Source: Candidatus Multivoradales bacterium (GTDB taxonomy: Bacteria; Acidobacteriota; Thermoanaerobaculia; Multivoradales; Multivoraceae). Taken from it: a DNA stretch of 64,000 nucleotides. Made by a program: the position numbers and the translations under genes. The stretch is from contig CBDCWI010000002.1 of assembly GCA_965223325.1 (NCBI GenBank), positions 3,104,001-3,168,000 of the forward strand. The letters are read 5' to 3'. This document shows positions 58,763 to 64,000 of the stretch, one piece after another. Position 1 is the first letter of the stretch, and each line of letters opens with the position of its first letter. Under the pieces are notes generated by a model, which searched no databases, had not been told where the DNA came from, and was given only the letters and a program-made list of their open reading frames with translations.

Positions 58763-59091
58763 TCAGCTCCCCGCTCACGAGGTTGAGCCGGGTGCTCGGC
58801 CGAAGGCGGGCCATCGGAGACTGGATGCGAGAGTCGCTGCACCGTCTTCCAGACGTTGTAGAAGCCAGCGACAATGCCGAAAGCGAGGCCGACGAGCTCT
58901 CCCGTTCGCTCGTACTGCGGACCGATCAAGCCCGCCAGAAAGCCTCCCGCCCAGAAGCCGATCACCACCGCGATCGGGATCGACAAACCGACGCTGCTGA
59001 GATCGAGCGTTCGGTAGCGTTTTGCGGCCCGCGCCCGCTCTTCGGCGGACCTGCGATCTGTTGAGGTGTCGTTCATCGGGTGGTTGACCAT
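58759..59091 (-). CDS. AtpZ/AtpI family membrane protein
   Basis: SSVGLSIPIAVVIGFWAG...GLAFGIVAGF two-TM pattern; first gene of the atp cluster. Start uncertain. Confidence 0.75.
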   Translation of the reverse strand: MVNHPMNDTSTDRRSAEERARAAKRYRTLDLSSVGLSIPIAVVIGFWAGGFLAGLIGPQYERTGELVGLAFGIVAGFYNVWKTVQRLSHPVSDGPPSAEHPAQPRERGAE

Positions 59092-59195
59092 CCGTCATCT
59101 TACGATGTCGACCCGCACGAGTCGCCCGTTCTCTCCCTCCCGCTCGGCCCCGCCGACCAAAGGCCCGAGGGGCCCACCGTGCTAGGTTTTCGCGC

Positions 59196-60314
59196 ATGCC
59201 GAAGCCCAGTGGCCATTCGCTTGAACCGCCCGCGAGTCAGCCGGCAGACGATGCGACCGGCGCGCTGACAGCCAAGAGGCTCCGGTCCTGGGTCGAGCGC
59301 ATGAAAGACCAGCCGGTCCTGGTCGTGGCGGATCTCGTTCTCGACCGCTTTCTCTACGCTGAACCGCGCCGGGTGAGCCGCGAAGCACCGGTGCTCATTC
59401 TGCAGCACGAAAGGGAAGAGGCCGCGCTCGGCGGCGGCGCCAACGCGATTGCCAATCTCCATTCGCTGGGCGGCAGGCCGCTACCGATCGGACGCATAGG
59501 TACCGACGAGCTCGGCCGGCGTCTGATGACCGAAATCGAGGCGAAGAACCTCGAGGTCGCCGGCATCTACCGTGACCCCGAGTTCACCACGCCGAGTAAG
59601 ACCCGGGTTCTGGCTGGGGCTCCGAACACCCGCAAGCAGCAGGTCATGCGCTATGACCGGGGGACGCCGCAGCTCCTCGACGATCGCGCCCTCGAGGCAC
59701 TCTCCGAGCGCATCGCCGGACAGGCGGGCCGGGCGTCGGTCGCGGTGTTTTCAGACTATGGCTACGGAGCGGTCGACCCACGCCTTCTGCCGGTTGTACG
59801 CCAGGCGATCGGTGCAGACGGGGTAGTGGTCGTCGATAGCCGCTACGACCTGTTGCACTTCGAAGGACTCGACGGCGCGTCGCCCAACCTCGACGAGGCC
59901 GAGGCAGCACACGGCGAGAGACTCGCCACCGAAAAAGCCCTCGCCGCTGCGGGTCCTGTGCTGCTCGAACGCCTCGGTGGACGCTTCCTTTTGATCACCC
60001 GCGGAAGCGCCGGCATGGTTCTCTTCCAGAAGGGCCAGCCAGCGGCGTTTCTTCCAGCCTTTGGTAGTCACGCGGTAACCGACGTCACCGGCGCTGGCGA
60101 CACCGTCATTGCCACCCTGAGCCTGGCGCTCGCGGCCGGTGCCAACCCAATCGCGGCCGCTACGTTGGCCAACATCGCCGGCGGGCTGGTCGTCGCCAAG
60201 CCGGGGACTGCCACAGTTTCGGCAGAGGAAATCGACCTGGCCATAGGAACAGAAGACGGCGCGCAGCTTCTCGCGACCATGGCCGGCAAGCGCAACGGTG
60301 CCCCGGAGAGCTAG
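59196..60314 (+). CDS. D-glycero-manno-heptose-7-phosphate kinase (HldE/RfaE domain I)
   Basis: RVSREAPV, GGGANA, SDYGYG and DVTGAGDTV motifs. Confidence 0.9.
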   Translation: MPKPSGHSLEPPASQPADDATGALTAKRLRSWVERMKDQPVLVVADLVLDRFLYAEPRRVSREAPVLILQHEREEAALGGGANAIANLHSLGGRPLPIGRIGTDELGRRLMTEIEAKNLEVAGIYRDPEFTTPSKTRVLAGAPNTRKQQVMRYDRGTPQLLDDRALEALSERIAGQAGRASVAVFSDYGYGAVDPRLLPVVRQAIGADGVVVVDSRYDLLHFEGLDGASPNLDEAEAAHGERLATEKALAAAGPVLLERLGGRFLLITRGSAGMVLFQKGQPAAFLPAFGSHAVTDVTGAGDTVIATLSLALAAGANPIAAATLANIAGGLVVAKPGTATVSAEEIDLAIGTEDGAQLLATMAGKRNGAPES

Positions 60315-60317
60315 CGC

Positions 60318-60791
60318 ATGCCAGTTGTCGATCTCGAGCGAATGAAGATGGAGCGCCAGGCGCTCCGCGACACAGGGGCGACCCTGGCGTTCGCCAATGG
60401 TCACTTCGACCTTCTCCACGTTGGTCATTTGCGTTACCTCGCCGCGGCAAGGGCCGAGGCCGACAGCCTGTTGGTCGCGATCAATGACGATGACTCGGTC
60501 GAACGCCTGAAGGGTCCGGCCCGCCCCATCGTGCCTGCCGACGAGCGCGCCGAGTTGCTGGCGGCCTTGCGGCCAGTTGACTGGGTCGTGGTCTTCTCGG
60601 GCGACTCGCCGGGTCCCTTGCTCGAGGAGCTACAGCCCGAGGTTCACTGCAAGGGTCCCGACTACGGCTCTCCCGAAGAGGTCCCCGAGTACTCCATCGT
60701 ACGTGCCTATGGCGGTCGCACGGCACTGGTCGGGGATCCCAAGGACCACGCCACCAGCGACCTGATCTCGATCATCAAGGCGCTACCGTGA
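60318..60791 (+). CDS. heptose-1-phosphate adenylyltransferase (HldE/RfaE domain II)
   Basis: NGHFDLLHVGH, LKGPARP and KGPDY motifs. Confidence 0.92.
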   Translation: MPVVDLERMKMERQALRDTGATLAFANGHFDLLHVGHLRYLAAARAEADSLLVAINDDDSVERLKGPARPIVPADERAELLAALRPVDWVVVFSGDSPGPLLEELQPEVHCKGPDYGSPEEVPEYSIVRAYGGRTALVGDPKDHATSDLISIIKALP

Positions 60792-60828
60792 GCTCTCGCG
60801 GCTCGAGGCCTCCAACGGAGAGCGAGGG

Positions 60829-61881
60829 ATGAGCCCGAAGGCGGAAGGGGTCCGCCGTCGGATCTTGATCGTCCGCACCTCGGCGCTCGGTGACATCGTC
60901 CAGTCGATACCGGCCTTGACGACGCTTCGCCGGAGGCAGCCCGAGGCCAGGATCGCATGGGCCATCGACGCGCGTTTCCGCTCGCTTCTCGAGGGTCACG
61001 CCGACCTCGATGAGCTGATCAGCATTCGGACCCGCGCGCCAAGCAAGGGCCGACCGGGGGCGCTCGGCGTTTGGCAGAAGGCGCGCAAACGGCTGCGTGC
61101 GTTCGCGCCCGACACGGCGCTCGATCTGATGGGAAACTGGAAGTCGGCCGCGCTGTGCCGGCTGTCCGGCGCGGGAGTTCGCATCGGCCTGGCGAGAGAG
61201 TTTCGCCGTGAGCCGGCGAGTGCCATGCTCTTGAACGAGTTCGTAGAACCCCGCGGTGAACACGCCGTTCTCCGCTCGCTGGCACCGGCCGAAAGCGAAG
61301 CCCTGGGCGGCGAACCTCCCACCGAGGACGTCGACTTCGCTGGCAATCGCCTGCTCGATGCGGGAGCCCTGCCGTTGGGGTGGCCTGAGGGACGCATCGG
61401 CCGCGCGGGCTTCTTCGTCATCCATCCGGGAGCTGGCTGGGCGAACAAGGAGTACCCCCCGACGTGGTGGGGAGCGGTCGCCCATCATGCTCATGAGGCA
61501 ACCGGAGCGATGGCCCTGGCGGTGACCGGCCCCGGGGAAGAGCACCTGGGAGAGGCTCTGGCGGAGGCGAGTCAGGGAGCCGCGCTCCATCTGCCGGTTC
61601 CCGAGCTGCCGGCAGTCGCCGCCATTCACCGCCAGGCGCGCCTGGTGCTTGGCGGCGACACCGGGCCGGTTCACCTGGCGCACGCGCTGGGAACCCCTGT
61701 TCTATGCCTGATGGGTCCCACCGATCCGGCGCGCCACGGCCCCTGGCAGTCACCGGACTCGGTGTTCACCAGAGCCCTGCCCTGTAGCTATTGTCACAAG
61801 CGCCTCCATCGGCCTCGCATGTGCTTGCTGCAACTCGGTCCCGACGAAGTGGCAGCGGCCGCAATCGAGCGCTTCCGCTAG
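60829..61881 (+). CDS. LPS heptosyltransferase (GT9, WaaC/WaaF-like)
   Basis: RTSALGDIV, HPGAGWANK and DTGPVHLA motifs. Confidence 0.9.
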   Translation: MSPKAEGVRRRILIVRTSALGDIVQSIPALTTLRRRQPEARIAWAIDARFRSLLEGHADLDELISIRTRAPSKGRPGALGVWQKARKRLRAFAPDTALDLMGNWKSAALCRLSGAGVRIGLAREFRREPASAMLLNEFVEPRGEHAVLRSLAPAESEALGGEPPTEDVDFAGNRLLDAGALPLGWPEGRIGRAGFFVIHPGAGWANKEYPPTWWGAVAHHAHEATGAMALAVTGPGEEHLGEALAEASQGAALHLPVPELPAVAAIHRQARLVLGGDTGPVHLAHALGTPVLCLMGPTDPARHGPWQSPDSVFTRALPCSYCHKRLHRPRMCLLQLGPDEVAAAAIERFR

Positions 61882-62174
61882 CCTCAGAGCCTCGGCCAGG
61901 TCAGACCGGTAAGCACCGAGAGTGCCACTCTTTGCAACCCTCCGCGCCGCCAGCTGAGCCCGTCACACAACACTTGGCCCGCGCCGTTGACCCTCTGTGT
62001 CAGCGATTGATAGACTTCTCCTTCGCGAGCTTTCCTAGAAATCCCGAGATTTCAGGCACGCCTAGCTCGAGGCCCTCTGGGCTCCCTGGTCCCAACCCTC
62101 CGAGACCTCCCAGACGGTTCCACACTTTTCTCATTTCACTTCTAGTTCCCCCCCCAACACGGAAGGACCGGTCG

Positions 62175-63896
62175 ATGGACAACCGACTTGGCGAACTGCT
62201 GATTCGCGCTGGACACATCAACGAAGAGCAATTGCGCGAAGCACTCGCCCATCAGCGAGAAGCGGGCGGACGTCTGGGAACCAATCTCGTCAAGCTCGGC
62301 CACATCTCCGACGAAGCTCTGGTGTCCTTCCTTTCGCAGCACTTCGGTGTTCCGTCGATCAACCTCGCCAACATCGGCATCGACGAAGCGATCATCCAGA
62401 TCATCCCTGCCGACGTCGCCCGCAAGTACACGATCCTTCCGGTCTCGAAGACCGGAGCCAAGATCACAATCGCGATGATCGACCCGACCAACGTCTTCGC
62501 CATGGACGACATCAAGTTCATGACGGGTTATGGAGTCGAGCCGGTCGTCGCCTCCGAGTCCATGCTGCGTTCGGCGATCGATCGCTACTACGGCTCCACC
62601 CACGCCGTCGAGCTCAAGAAGGTCATGGACGACCTCGAAGACGACGAGATCGATCCCGATCTCGAAGTCCTCGAAGATGAAGATGAAGTCGACCTGGCCG
62701 AACTCGAGCAGGAGTCCGAGGACGCTCCGGTCGTTCGCCTGGTCAACATCATCCTGACCGACGCGATCAAGAAGGGTGCTTCCGATATCCACGTCGAGCC
62801 CTACGAGAAGGACTTCCGCGTTCGCTACCGCATTGACGGCGTGCTCTACGAAACCATGAGCCCGCCCATGAAACTGCGCGAGGCGATCACCAGCCGCATG
62901 AAGATCATGGCGAAGCTCGATATCGCTGAGAAGCGGCTGCCGCAAGATGGTCGCATCAAGATCAAGACGCGCATCGGCGGCAAGGCCAAGGACCTCGACT
63001 ATCGCGTTTCGATCCTGCCCACCCTCTTTGGCGAGAAGATCGTTCTTCGTCTGCTCGACAAAGACAACCTCATGCTCGACCTCACCAAACTCGGTTTCGA
63101 GCAGGAGTCACTCGACAAGTTCGAGCACGCAATCATGCAGCCCTACGGCATGGTCCTGGTCACCGGACCGACCGGTTCGGGCAAGACCAACACGCTCTAC
63201 TCCGCCTTGTCCCAGGTCAACAAGCCCGACACCAACATCATGACCGCAGAGGATCCGGTCGAGTTCAATCTCCACGGCATCAACCAGGTGCAGATGCGAG
63301 AGAACATCGGCTTGAACTTTGCCGCAGCGCTGCGTTCCTTCCTGCGCCAGGATCCGAACATCGTCCTGGTTGGTGAGATTCGTGACTTCGAAACCGCTGA
63401 GGTCGCGATCAAGGCTGCAATGACCGGCCATCTCGTGCTATCGACCCTGCATACCAATGACGCGCCGTCGACCATCAACCGTTTGATGAACATGGGTGTT
63501 GAGCCCTTCCTCGTCGCGACCTCGGTTCATATGGTCGTCGCCCAGCGCCTTGTGCGTCGTATCTGCTCGAACTGCAAAGAGGCGGCCGACGCCACGCCGC
63601 AGGCACTGATGAACGTCGGCTTCTCGGAAGAAGACGCAAACACCGTCAAGGTCTTCCGCGGCCGTGGCTGCGAGACCTGCAGCAACACCGGCTACAAGGG
63701 CCGCGTGGGCCTCTATGAAGTCATGCCGGTTGGCGAAGAGGTCCGCGAGCTGATTCTCTCGGGCGCCAGCTCGTTCGAGATCCGCCAGAAGGCCATCCAG
63801 ACCGGCATGATCACCCTGCGCGGTTCGGGCCTACGCAAGGTCTCCGACGGTCTCACGACTACCGAAGAGGTCGTCCGCGAAACCGTTCTCGGGTAG
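62175..63896 (+). CDS. pilB: type IV-A pilus assembly ATPase PilB
   Basis: MshEN-like RLGELL/RLG N-terminus, ASDIH, GPTGSGKT, EDPVE, LRQDP and CxxC...CxxC motifs. Confidence 0.95.
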   Translation: MDNRLGELLIRAGHINEEQLREALAHQREAGGRLGTNLVKLGHISDEALVSFLSQHFGVPSINLANIGIDEAIIQIIPADVARKYTILPVSKTGAKITIAMIDPTNVFAMDDIKFMTGYGVEPVVASESMLRSAIDRYYGSTHAVELKKVMDDLEDDEIDPDLEVLEDEDEVDLAELEQESEDAPVVRLVNIILTDAIKKGASDIHVEPYEKDFRVRYRIDGVLYETMSPPMKLREAITSRMKIMAKLDIAEKRLPQDGRIKIKTRIGGKAKDLDYRVSILPTLFGEKIVLRLLDKDNLMLDLTKLGFEQESLDKFEHAIMQPYGMVLVTGPTGSGKTNTLYSALSQVNKPDTNIMTAEDPVEFNLHGINQVQMRENIGLNFAAALRSFLRQDPNIVLVGEIRDFETAEVAIKAAMTGHLVLSTLHTNDAPSTINRLMNMGVEPFLVATSVHMVVAQRLVRRICSNCKEAADATPQALMNVGFSEEDANTVKVFRGRGCETCSNTGYKGRVGLYEVMPVGEEVRELILSGASSFEIRQKAIQTGMITLRGSGLRKVSDGLTTTEEVVRETVLG

Positions 63897-64000
63897 GTAG
63901 CGTTGTTGGCGGCCTTGTGCGAGCCCGAGCTAGGCGTCGAAACACTCCTCGACCGCGCGCCACGCCTGATCGATGGCACCCTTGGTGTTCGATGACGCGC

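Noticed and set aside
61882-62174. sigma54 promoter and 128-aa N-terminal extension for pilB
   Set aside because: TTGGCCCGCGCCGTTGA lacks the GG-N10-GC spacing, and the extension is Pro/Ser-rich non-coding read-through ahead of the RBS-ATG at 62175.

Overview
High-GC bacterial chromosomal window. Gene content (LptD, heptose LPS enzymes, split atp operon, PKD and secreted-protein signatures) suggests a diderm, probably Acidobacteriota/Thermoanaerobaculia; the taxonomy is inference only. Most of it is housekeeping and envelope genes: TetR-SDR operon, aceA, IclR, thiolase-lptD-rmlD-rmd, ruvX-mltG, maeB, ogt, a glycosyltransferase cluster, M23 peptidase, an ECF sigma/anti-sigma pair, atpZIBE, split hldE plus heptosyltransferase, and pilB. 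Five regions stand out. (1) 4.9-9.5 kb is a scrambled orphan Rhs toxin/immunity array with an unrecognised toxin tip, duplicated Zn-finger immunity genes (one broken in a T7 tract), an IS256 end remnant and Rhs-core fragments in both orientations. (2) 34.7-50.6 kb is a candidate glycosylated surface-layer system: a secreted Cys-rich protein with a long leader and two 3' hairpins, a PKD protein with a distinctive C-terminal module, an FG-GAP protein, and a glycan locus with a deacetylase-GT2-coiled-coil fusion and a GNAT. (3) A TPR protein is coupled to a secreted protein carrying a duplicated GRSHIILIG peptide. (4) There is a pseudokinase-TM-TonB fusion. (5) A SigR-like module has an internal GGAAT-N18-GTT promoter, a degenerate ZAS anti-sigma and an SxxC thioredoxin. 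No rRNA, tRNA or CRISPR array was seen. All family calls come from motif recognition by eye, not database searches.
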